From the NCBI GenBank assembly GCA_964502615.1, contig CAZCXF010000001.1, positions 50,722 through 114,721 of the forward strand: DNA of 64,000 nt. Direction: 5' to 3'. Source of the DNA: an uncultured Candidatus Saccharibacteria bacterium. GTDB taxonomy: Bacteria; Patescibacteriota; Minisyncoccia; Phycocordibacterales; UBA9973. This document shows, piece by piece, positions 53,001-60,759 of the stretch. A program made the translations under genes and the position numbers. A model generated the notes under the pieces. It saw only the letters and a program-made list of their open reading frames with translations. It made no database searches and had not been told where the DNA came from. Within the stretch, counting starts at the first letter, position 1; the number at the start of each line of letters is the position of its first letter.

Positions 53001-53038
53001 TAAGAAGCCCCTTATATATAAGGGGCTTCTTATTTTCT
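53001..53038 (+). terminator. rho-independent terminator aagaagcccctta...taaggggcttctt
   Basis: 13-bp perfect stem followed by a T-run. Confidence 0.75.
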
Positions 53039-53058
53039 AGTTATCCACAGATTTTTTC

Positions 53059-53087
53059 TTGACTGTGAACGCTCGTTCACATATACT
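53059..53087 (+). promoter_or_regulatory. sigma70-type promoter TTGACT-N17-TATACT with LexA (Cheo-type) box GAACGCTCGTTC in the spacer
   Basis: -35 TTGACT at 53059-53064 and -10 TATACT at 53082-53087 with a 17-nt spacer. GAAC-N4-GTTC at 53067-53078 sits within the palindrome tgtgaacgctcgttcaca. Confidence 0.65.
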
Positions 53088-53126
53088 ATTTATATAAGTA
53101 ATTAGTAGTAATTTATTAGTAAATAT

Positions 53127-53333
53127 ATGAATAGAGAACAATACATAAAGATAATAGAGAGAGAGCTACAAGCTCTAAATAAGAGGATCGATATGAAGAT
53201 TCTCCAAGGTGTCGAATACAAGCGTGAGGCTCGTGACCACAAAATACTACAAAAGAAAATGATGCAACACTCACGCAAGGGTTTCTTCAATAAATTTCTA
53301 ACCGCAGTGCCTCAATTTATGATATTCTTTTAA
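53127..53333 (+). CDS. small basic protein (68 aa) between the SOS promoter and lexA
   Basis: The ORF occupies the entire gap between the LexA-box promoter and lexA. It has a helical, charged N-terminus and a hydrophobic C-terminal tail. Confidence 0.35.
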   Translation: MNREQYIKIIERELQALNKRIDMKILQGVEYKREARDHKILQKKMMQHSRKGFFNKFLTAVPQFMIFF

Positions 53334-53336
53334 TAT

Positions 53337-53903
53337 ATGCAAAACGATTACAAAGCAAAACTCCAATCTTTCTATGAGCGTGAGAAACGTATGCCTACAT
53401 ACACAGAGATGATGAAACTTTTTGGATTCAAATCCAAAAATGCTGTCGCTCGACTTGTAGATAAATTCATTGATGCTGGTATCGCAACAAAAGACCATCT
53501 TGGTAGACTTATCCCAAGTGGCTCTTTTGATAATATACCTCTCCTTGGTTCTGTTACTGCAGGTTTTCCTGTGGATGTTGAAGAAGAAATGAAAGAAGTA
53601 GTAAATCTAGATAATTACTTAGTAGGCAAGAAAGAAAATACTTTCATGCTTGAAGTGGATGGCAATTCCATGATCGATGCTCATATAGCAGATGGTGACA
53701 TGGTGCTTGTTGAAAAAACAGATAGAGCTCAAGACGGGGACATAGTTATCGCGAATGTAGATGGAGAATTCACTATGAAATATTTTAAAAAAGATGGTAA
53801 CAAAGTTTGGTTAGAACCAGCTAATAAAGACTTCAAGCCAATACATCCTAAACAATATCTACACATCAATGCAGTTGTGAAAGCTGTCATACGAAAGTAT
53901 TAA
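53337..53903 (+). CDS. lexA: LexA repressor (S24 peptidase)
   Basis: N-terminal wHTH, the cleavage-site region, Ser nucleophile GNSM and Lys in TMKYF. Confidence 0.9.
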   Translation: MQNDYKAKLQSFYEREKRMPTYTEMMKLFGFKSKNAVARLVDKFIDAGIATKDHLGRLIPSGSFDNIPLLGSVTAGFPVDVEEEMKEVVNLDNYLVGKKENTFMLEVDGNSMIDAHIADGDMVLVEKTDRAQDGDIVIANVDGEFTMKYFKKDGNKVWLEPANKDFKPIHPKQYLHINAVVKAVIRKY

Positions 53904-53915
53904 GAATTTTGAGTT

Positions 53916-54779
53916 ATGGAAGAAATCGAATATAATAAAATTATGCCAGTCTATATTAAACAACAAAAGCCAAGCAAAATTTTAGCTGATGTTGAACTTA
54001 AACCTTACTTTAAAGACAAAGAATTTGTTTTGTATAATGGGGATTCATTACTACTTTTAGAACAATTACCAGAAAATTCTGTAGATATGATATTCGCAGA
54101 TCCACCCTATAACCTTTCTAATGGTGGTTTTACTGTACATGCTGGGCGTATGGTTAGTGTAAATAAAGGTATTTGGGACATAAGTAATGGATTTGAAAAT
54201 GATTATGCTTTCCATTATAAGTGGCTTGAAGCTTGTAAAAGAGTATTAAAACCAGGAGGTACATTGTGGGTTAGTGGAACATATCATTCGATTTATCAGT
54301 GTGGACATGCGCTCCAGGCACTTAATTATCACATATTAAACGATATTTCATGGTTTAAACCTAATGCATCACCAAATTTAAGTTGCCGATTTTTTACAGC
54401 AAGTCACGAAACAATAATTTGGGCTAGAAAAGAAAAGAAAGCAAAACATACTTTTAATTACAAAGAAATGAAAGAGGGTAATTGGCCAGAGGATAAACTA
54501 AAAAAACCAGGTTTGCAAATGAGATCTGTTTGGTCAATAGGAACTCCAAAACCTAATGAAAAAAAATTTGGTAAACACCCTACACAAAAACCAATAGACC
54601 TACTTAAGAGAATTATTCTTGCAAGTACTAATAAGGGTGATGTGATTATCGATCCATTCACAGGAAGCTCAACTACAGGTATAGTAGCTGCCATGCATGG
54701 AAGGAAATTCATTGGGATAGATACTGATAAGAAATTCCTTGATCTCTCTATTAAAAGATTTAAGAACTTAAATAAATAA
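53916..54779 (+). CDS. beta-class N6-adenine/N4-cytosine DNA methyltransferase
   Basis: Motif IV DPPY (FADPPYN) lies N-terminal to motif I (IIDPFTGSSTTG), the beta-class order. ParB-like/N6_N4_Mtase family. Confidence 0.88.
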   Translation: MEEIEYNKIMPVYIKQQKPSKILADVELKPYFKDKEFVLYNGDSLLLLEQLPENSVDMIFADPPYNLSNGGFTVHAGRMVSVNKGIWDISNGFENDYAFHYKWLEACKRVLKPGGTLWVSGTYHSIYQCGHALQALNYHILNDISWFKPNASPNLSCRFFTASHETIIWARKEKKAKHTFNYKEMKEGNWPEDKLKKPGLQMRSVWSIGTPKPNEKKFGKHPTQKPIDLLKRIILASTNKGDVIIDPFTGSSTTGIVAAMHGRKFIGIDTDKKFLDLSIKRFKNLNK

Positions 54780-54780
54780 A

Positions 54781-55305
54781 ATGAAAGAAAAAGGTATAGG
54801 TGGTGCAAATACTCAAACTGGTATAAAATTTGAAAGAAAAATTAATCTTCTTAGATTTATATCGAGTTTAAAAGGGTATAAAGTTAAGAAAAATAAAATA
54901 TTTTACGAAAATAAAGAAGTTGCTAGAAGTTACGCAAAAAATAGTTTATATAATTACTTAAAAGAAAGTGGTGTAGATTACACAAAAGTACTTTCAAAAA
55001 AACTACTACCTGATGAAGCTATATATGTCATTGTTAATAACACATTGTTTGTAATTGAAATGAAATTTCAAAAAGTTGCTGGTTCTGTGGATGAAAAATT
55101 GCAAACTTGCGATTTCAAGAAAAAACAATATCAAAAACTTATGTCACAAATTAATATAGATGTGCATTATATTTACATACTAAGTGACTGGTTTAAAAAA
55201 CCTCAATATAAAGATACCTTGGACTATATTATTTCTGTTGGGTGTCAATATTACTTTGAATATCTACCATTAAAACAAATAGGTATGCCCGTACCAAAAA
55301 AATAA
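54781..55305 (+). CDS. candidate type II restriction endonuclease (PD-ExK-like)
   Basis: The start abuts the MTase stop by 1 nt. A possible PD...ExK catalytic motif occurs (LPDEAIYVI...VIEMKFQK). Confidence 0.4.
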   Translation: MKEKGIGGANTQTGIKFERKINLLRFISSLKGYKVKKNKIFYENKEVARSYAKNSLYNYLKESGVDYTKVLSKKLLPDEAIYVIVNNTLFVIEMKFQKVAGSVDEKLQTCDFKKKQYQKLMSQINIDVHYIYILSDWFKKPQYKDTLDYIISVGCQYYFEYLPLKQIGMPVPKK

Positions 55306-55333
55306 TTATATAATTTTTGTTAAATTAATTTAC

Positions 55334-55609
55334 ATGAAAAAAGTTAAGGAACTCAGTTTATTTACAGAGAGAGTTTTAAATATAGTTTCTAGTATTAAAA
55401 AAGGGGAGACTATGACCTATAAAGAAGTCGCTACTCGTGCAGGTAGCCCAGGGGCAGCTCGTGCTGTTGGATCTATAATGAAAGCCAATTACAGGCCTAA
55501 TGTCCCATGTCATAGGGTTATTCGCAGTGACGGTGTAATAGGACAGTACAATCGTGGTGGACAAAACGAAAAATACAGAAAGTTGAAAAGAGAAGGTGCT
55601 ATTTTGTAG
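55334..55609 (+). CDS. ogt: minimal O6-methylguanine-DNA methyltransferase (Ogt/MGMT DNA-binding domain only)
   Basis: Active-site PCHRV and HTH TYKEVATRAG. The N-terminal domain is absent. Confidence 0.85.
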   Translation: MKKVKELSLFTERVLNIVSSIKKGETMTYKEVATRAGSPGAARAVGSIMKANYRPNVPCHRVIRSDGVIGQYNRGGQNEKYRKLKREGAIL

Positions 55610-55633
55610 CAAAATGTTTATAATGTATTTGTT

Positions 55634-56182
55634 ATGAAAACAAAATTAATTTCAATCATTATAGGCCTAGTTTTAGTAGCTGGTGTTGGGACACTAGTAT
55701 ACAAAACAAAGCAACCAGTTGTATTGCCTTCTGAAGATATTACAAATAGTGGATCTACTCTAAACAACAATACAAATGACACACAAAATCAATTACCAGT
55801 AAAAAGTACTACCCCAACAACATCTGTTAAAAAATCTTGGTTTGATGACGACGATGATGACGATGAAGAAGATGGTGGTGGTACTGTTAGCACTCCAGTA
55901 GTAACCCCAAAATCTACTACAACTACCACTACAACTACAACAAGCGGTGGTATAACTCTTGCTACTATTGCAAAGCATAACAGTAGATCTAGTTGTTGGT
56001 CAGCCGTAAATGGTGGTGTATATGACCTTACAAGTTGGATTCCAAACCACCCAGGAGGTGAGCAAGCAATACTTTCCATGTGTGGAGTAGATGGCTCAAG
56101 TGGATACAATGGTCAACATGGAAGTAGTAGTAAGCCAGCTAGAATGCTTGCAGGATTTAAAATAGGTACACTTGCAAAATAA
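55634..56182 (+). CDS. membrane-anchored secreted protein with poly-Asp and poly-Thr linkers and C-terminal cytochrome b5-like heme-binding domain
   Basis: N-terminal TM, DDDDDDDEED and TTTTTTTTT low-complexity runs, then HNSRSSCWSAVNGGVYDLTSWIPNHPGG (cyt b5 HPGG motif) and a second His in GQHGSS. Confidence 0.65.
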   Translation: MKTKLISIIIGLVLVAGVGTLVYKTKQPVVLPSEDITNSGSTLNNNTNDTQNQLPVKSTTPTTSVKKSWFDDDDDDDEEDGGGTVSTPVVTPKSTTTTTTTTTSGGITLATIAKHNSRSSCWSAVNGGVYDLTSWIPNHPGGEQAILSMCGVDGSSGYNGQHGSSSKPARMLAGFKIGTLAK

Positions 56183-56579
56183 TATGAAAATAAATCTAAC
56201 AAGACAAGAATTCGGTCTCCACTTACTACGACTAGGACTCGCAGGAGTATTCCTTTGGTTTGGATTCTCTCAATTGATGGATAGTCTACGATGGGTAAGC
56301 ATAGTCCCAGATTGGGCTGTAAGCTTCCTACATCTTCCTCCAGCGATGATTGTCATGGCAAATGGAACATTTGAAGTGGTTATGGCAACACTTCTTGCTA
56401 TGGGCTTTTTTGTACGAATTACTTCATTTGTACTAGGACTCCACTTGCTAGTCATAGCTTTTGATTTCGGCTTCACAGCTACAGGCATCCGTGACTTGGG
56501 TCTTGTCATAGCATCTCTTGCGCTTTCATTTATATTTACTAAACCAAGCACAGAAATAAAAACAATATCTTCTATCTAA
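56172..56579 (+). CDS. DoxX-family membrane protein
   Basis: 4 TM with LLRLGLAGVFLWFGFSQL. Overlaps the preceding gene by 11 nt. Confidence 0.65.
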   Translation: MQNNMKINLTRQEFGLHLLRLGLAGVFLWFGFSQLMDSLRWVSIVPDWAVSFLHLPPAMIVMANGTFEVVMATLLAMGFFVRITSFVLGLHLLVIAFDFGFTATGIRDLGLVIASLALSFIFTKPSTEIKTISSI

Positions 56580-56581
56580 AC

Positions 56582-56809
56582 ATGTTTGTTCATGTGAAAG
56601 TAAGTGCTGGTAGTAAAAAAGAAGAACTCAATCAAAAGAGCGATGACCATTTTGAAGTATCAGTTCGTGAGAAAGCTGAGCGTAATCTTGCAAACAATCG
56701 CGTCATAGAACTCATAGCCAACCACTTTAAACTTCCCAAATCTCACATCCGTATAATCAACGGTCATCATAGCCCCACAAAACTTTTATCTATAAAAGAT
56801 GCCGAGTAA
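56582..56809 (+). CDS. DUF167/YggU (UPF0235)-family protein
   Basis: VHVKVSAGSKKEEL...FEVSVRE...NRVIELIANHFKLPKSHIRIINGHHSPTKLLSI follows the YggU pattern. Confidence 0.6.
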   Translation: MFVHVKVSAGSKKEELNQKSDDHFEVSVREKAERNLANNRVIELIANHFKLPKSHIRIINGHHSPTKLLSIKDAE

Positions 56810-57080
56810 AGAATACAAATTTAAAGCAAAAGTCTGGAAGTGGCCAGGGGATGGACCATGGCATTTTGTTACTTTGGACAAAAAGATGTCAGAGGAGATA
56901 AGAAATAAATACGGCAAGGGTATGATAAAAATTCGCACAACGGTAGGCAAGACTACTTGGGACAATGCTCTTTTTCCACACAAACTTTCTCAATCCTACC
57001 TTCTTGCAATCAAAAAAATAGTCCGCAAAAATGAAGGTATTTTTGAAGGTGATGAGATAAAAATTAGTTTTAAAATATAG
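56799..57080 (+). CDS. DUF1905-like protein
   Basis: WKWPGDGPWHFVTL matches the DUF1905 core. Overlaps the preceding gene by 11 nt. Confidence 0.45.
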   Translation: MPSKEYKFKAKVWKWPGDGPWHFVTLDKKMSEEIRNKYGKGMIKIRTTVGKTTWDNALFPHKLSQSYLLAIKKIVRKNEGIFEGDEIKISFKI

Positions 57081-57127
57081 ATTTGATTTTTCTTCATTTT
57101 ATGGTAAAGTAGCAAAAAAAATTACAC

Positions 57128-57742
57128 ATGAAAAAGAAAGCACAGACTCCTAAGAAGAGTGAACTTACTGCAACACTGCAGTTCCGAAACAAAGTAGATG
57201 GATTAAAGTACAAAGCCATACCGCTTGATGATGTAACCGCTGATATCGTGGAAAAGCGTCGTGTAAGGCCCAAACGAGCCAGCATAGACAACGTTCTGCA
57301 AAATCAATACCAGTACAAATCAAAAACGAAATACTCCAGCAAGATCCTGACCGCAACCAAGGATGGCGTACTCAATGCAACCGGCACCGCCTGGGTCCAT
57401 GTTGTAAATGAAAGAGACGAACTGGTGTGGACCAGGGAGTTTTACAAAAAGGATCTGAAGGGTGTTTTAAAACGTACAGCCATCTATGGCCAGGTTGCAA
57501 AGAACATTGCTGACAACCGGCCAAGCGGAGCCAAACTCGTGGCATTATCAGAAACTGAATATGCCTGGGTGAGCAAGAATGGTAAAAAATACACTGAATT
57601 CAATCTCAACGATTATTTGTACGGATTAACTGATGCCGAAAAAGCATTCGTGCAGAAGCACGAATACGCCCGTGACTACTACCTCATCAACAGCGAAGGT
57701 AAAGTGGTGAACCGTCAGCGGGAAATTCAGAAAAAATGGTAA
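57128..57742 (+). CDS. hypothetical protein encoded by compositionally atypical (higher-GC) DNA
   Basis: 204 aa with no recognisable motif. Local GC is clearly higher (~45%) than the flanks, with ctg/ccg/gcc/acc-type codons. Confidence 0.5.
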   Translation: MKKKAQTPKKSELTATLQFRNKVDGLKYKAIPLDDVTADIVEKRRVRPKRASIDNVLQNQYQYKSKTKYSSKILTATKDGVLNATGTAWVHVVNERDELVWTREFYKKDLKGVLKRTAIYGQVAKNIADNRPSGAKLVALSETEYAWVSKNGKKYTEFNLNDYLYGLTDAEKAFVQKHEYARDYYLINSEGKVVNRQREIQKKW

Positions 57743-57782
57743 TATGATCTTTCAATAAATGGTTGGTTTAGTTTTGGACAAC

Positions 57783-57811
57783 GCCCGGAGTAACATCCGG
57801 GCTATTTTTTT
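57783..57811 (+). terminator. GC-rich rho-independent terminator gcccgga...tccgggc + T8
   Basis: 7-bp GC stem followed by TATTTTTTT. Confidence 0.75.
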
Positions 57812-57829
57812 ACATGCTACAATAGGTAT

Positions 57830-58741
57830 ATGAAAAAACTGCTCATGATTATTGTTGGAATCGCTATTATTTCAGGAATTATTTACATATCTAAACCAAA
57901 GGAGGCACAAGTAAATATTCCTTTGCCTATTGTTGAGAAGCCAACACCAAATCCCTTGAAGCTCTGCTTCTATAGAGATAAAATCGCAGGAAGTGGATAT
58001 CACGATATTTCATGGATCTCAATTAATATCTTGGGTGACAAAGTTAATGGAGAATTCCAAACTCTTCCAGCCGAGAAAGATAAAAAGATTGGTACATATG
58101 AAGGGACAGTTGGTCCAGTCGATAGAGTCGCTATGGCCCGTACAGCAAATGTCTGGTGGAGTTCTATGGCTGAAGGTATGAACAATAAAGAACAACTCAA
58201 AATAGTATTTGGTGAAGGAACAGCGCAAGCAGCATTTGGTGAAATGGTAGATCGCGGTGATGGAGTATATATTTACAAAGATGAGAGCAAGCTCAAGTTC
58301 GGAGAACCAATGACAGATACAAACTGCGATGATATCCCAAGTATGCTTGCTGTTGCAAACATACAAGGAAATACTTGCTATGCATATCATCAAGTAGCCA
58401 CTCCCGATGCACCATACAAAGCTGATGAATACATAAAGCTTACAGTGGCAGGTGATAAAGTAACAGGCACAAAGAAGGGTACGCAATCAGGCCCAGACCT
58501 TACAAACGGCTATACAGGCACTTTAAAAGGGATGATAGATAAAAAGACACTTAGCGTACTATTTTCATACACTGTTGAAGGAGCAAAGAATACTGAGAGA
58601 GAAATCTATACAGTTCTTCCAGCTGGTTTACAAAAAGAGCGGTACCCGTTGATTGAAAATAAAAATGTTCTTGAACCAGATACCAGCAAAACATCTAAAC
58701 CTCAGCTTTATGAAAACGTAGACTGTGGTACTATAAGATAA
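57830..58741 (+). CDS. hypothetical secreted protein with internal tandem duplication
   Basis: N-terminal TM/signal, then two ~90-aa repeats (ILGDKVNGEF...GTYEGTVGPVD versus VAGDKVTGTK...GYTGTLKGMID). Confidence 0.5.
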   Translation: MKKLLMIIVGIAIISGIIYISKPKEAQVNIPLPIVEKPTPNPLKLCFYRDKIAGSGYHDISWISINILGDKVNGEFQTLPAEKDKKIGTYEGTVGPVDRVAMARTANVWWSSMAEGMNNKEQLKIVFGEGTAQAAFGEMVDRGDGVYIYKDESKLKFGEPMTDTNCDDIPSMLAVANIQGNTCYAYHQVATPDAPYKADEYIKLTVAGDKVTGTKKGTQSGPDLTNGYTGTLKGMIDKKTLSVLFSYTVEGAKNTEREIYTVLPAGLQKERYPLIENKNVLEPDTSKTSKPQLYENVDCGTIR

Positions 58742-58808
58742 TGGTTTTAGTTTTAAAAGATAAAAAATTAGGAGTATGAAGAATTTTATAAATAAATAAT
58801 TTGTTTAT

Positions 58809-59027
58809 ATGAGAAATATAAAAAATTCAACTGGAGGATTTATTGGAATACTCATGATACTGATTACTGTTACTGTAATAATATTCATAATGTTTAGAAC
58901 AGATATGTTTGGCGGTAAGAAGGGAAGTAAGAGTGTAATCGAGCAGGATTTAAACGCAGTACAGCAAGCCAAAGATGTAAAAGCTTTACTCGAGAAAAAT
59001 AGTGCTCAATCAATAGACATTAACTAA
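58809..59027 (+). CDS. hypothetical small membrane protein
   Basis: 72 aa with a single TM. Confidence 0.35.
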   Translation: MRNIKNSTGGFIGILMILITVTVIIFIMFRTDMFGGKKGSKSVIEQDLNAVQQAKDVKALLEKNSAQSIDIN

Positions 59028-59195
59028 ATGTTTGACAATAGTATTGATTTGTATCATAAAATTAAACTGTGGATAACTTACTATCTTTAATCCTAAATAG
59101 GAGTACTATGTGTAATGAGTCTCGTAAGTATGACGGATGCGATCGTAAGAGAGTATCTTCAATAGCAATATTGATAGCACTTGTGAGTCTCATAA

Positions 59196-59226
59196 AGAAA
59201 ACCCCGTCAGGGGCTTTTTTTATGCC
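59196..59226 (+). terminator. plus-strand terminator aaaacccc-gtca-ggggcttttttt
   Basis: Short GC stem followed by T7. Confidence 0.5.
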
Positions 59227-59236
59227 TATTTTTAAA

Positions 59237-59275
59237 ATAAAAAACGGTCGCCTTTGAAAGACGACCTTGTAATGC
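59237..59275 (-). terminator. minus-strand terminator for 59297..59668 (ggtcgtctttcaaaggcgacc + T-run on minus strand)
   Basis: Inverted repeat ggtcgcc...gacgacc with a downstream A-run on the plus strand (a T-run on the minus strand). Confidence 0.5.
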
Positions 59276-59296
59276 GCTTGTATGGAGGATTCAATA

Positions 59297-59668
59297 TCAA
59301 TAATTGAAATGGATTGCTTTTCCTTCCAGATGTCCTGTAAAAAGCCACTTAATACAATCCATCTTCAAATGGAGAAATCCTTTTTCAAACCTGCTTTTGA
59401 TTATTTCGTAGAGCGGGTGCTCAACCTTGATATCAATCACCGAGCCACCACTTTCTAACGAAACATGATAGCTCTCAGGTATATAACTTGATTGACCGTC
59501 TGTAGCTATACATGGGGGTATGGAAATAGGAGGGGTTATTTCCAGGGATTTTATATTTCCCTCTACGATTTCTTCTTTGGTGGCGTAGAAACTTGCCAAG
59601 ATTTTAAAGTAAACATAAGCAGCAATGAAGATGGATGGTATTCCAATCCAATAATATAAAGGATTCAT
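59297..59668 (-). CDS. hypothetical membrane-anchored protein
   Basis: 123 aa with an N-terminal TM. Confidence 0.4.
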   Translation of the reverse strand: MNPLYYWIGIPSIFIAAYVYFKILASFYATKEEIVEGNIKSLEITPPISIPPCIATDGQSSYIPESYHVSLESGGSVIDIKVEHPLYEIIKSRFEKGFLHLKMDCIKWLFTGHLEGKAIHFNY

Positions 59669-59775
59669 AAAATGTGCATTTAAATGTGAATAATCCTACT
59701 TGTTACTACTATTTAAGTCCTTTTATTAAACTTTGTCAATGCGATCTAAATATTTGTTATGTTAGAATAGAAACT

Positions 59776-60321
59776 ATGGATATATTGGCACACATGCTTT
59801 GGGCAAATTATGGAGCTCGAGGTTTAAATAAAAAATTAGAAAAAAAGAAGAATAGAACTATCAACCTAAAATGGGTTACATTTTGGGGAGTGTTCCCAGA
59901 CTTATTTGCATTTACAATACCTTTTTGTATAGCTTTCTTCAGCGTTATATTTGGCGGGCAGTCTCTTGGAGCTTTACGCAACCATCACGGTCTTGCAAGC
60001 GGCTTCGATATCGCAAGCTTCTTATATCAGTTTAGTCATAGTCTTGTTATATGGGCGCTTGTATTCATAGTCATATGGATAATATCCAAAAGGCCTAGAC
60101 TCGAGTTATTAGGCTGGTTGCTACACATACTGATCGATATACCATCTCATGCTGCATCTTTTTATCCAACACCATTCTTATTCCCATTATCAGATTATAG
60201 ATTCCTACATGGAGTATCTTGGGGCAATAAGTGGTATATGATAATAAATTACTCATTGCTACTAATTACATCCCTGTATTTCTTCTCTAGGAAAAAGAAG
60301 GTAAACCCTTTACAGAAATAG
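59776..60321 (+). CDS. DUF457/YdjM-like membrane-bound metal-dependent hydrolase
   Basis: FPDL, FSHSLV and LHILIDIPSH parallel E. coli YdjM LPDIDH, FTHSLL and SHILADMLT. The start was set at MDILAH. Confidence 0.55.
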   Translation: MDILAHMLWANYGARGLNKKLEKKKNRTINLKWVTFWGVFPDLFAFTIPFCIAFFSVIFGGQSLGALRNHHGLASGFDIASFLYQFSHSLVIWALVFIVIWIISKRPRLELLGWLLHILIDIPSHAASFYPTPFLFPLSDYRFLHGVSWGNKWYMIINYSLLLITSLYFFSRKKKVNPLQK

Positions 60322-60389
60322 GCATAATTGTGGTATAATAGAGGCATTACTAGTAAACACTTTAACGCTCTAAAAAGGAGCAAAAAATT

Positions 60390-60647
60390 ATGCCAGCAAC
60401 AAAAACATCCGCATTTATGAAGCCAATGACTATCAGTGCTGATTTAGCAGCTGTAGTAGGCAAGGGGCCTATGCCTCGTTCAGAAGTCGTAAAAGCTCTA
60501 TGGGTTTACATCAAGAAGAACAATCTTCAAGACCCAAAGAACAAGCGTAATATAAATGCAGACGACAACCTAAAGAAAGTATTCGGTGGTAAAGGAGTGG
60601 TAAATATGTTCGAAATGACAAAGCTCGTTTCAAAACATCTTTCATAA
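60390..60647 (+). CDS. SWIB/MDM2-domain protein
   Basis: 85 aa. The segment ISADLAAVVGKGPMPRSEVVKALWVYIKKNNLQDPKNKRNINADDNLKKVFG is a typical SWIB fold. A TGn-extended -10 (tgtggtataat) and an AAAGGAG RBS lie upstream. Confidence 0.8.
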   Translation: MPATKTSAFMKPMTISADLAAVVGKGPMPRSEVVKALWVYIKKNNLQDPKNKRNINADDNLKKVFGGKGVVNMFEMTKLVSKHLS

Positions 60648-60671
60648 ATATAAATTAAATTCTATCAACAT

Positions 60672-60702
60672 AAAGACCGCATTCATGCGGTCTTTATGTT
60701 TT
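60672..60702 (+). terminator. rho-independent terminator aaagaccgcat...atgcggtcttt
   Basis: 11-bp stem followed by a T-run. The TTGACA -35 of the next gene overlaps its 3' end. Confidence 0.65.
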
Positions 60703-60759
60703 GACATTAGTAATTACGAAAGTTATTATTAGCTTATATCAATAAGTATAAAGAAGCCT

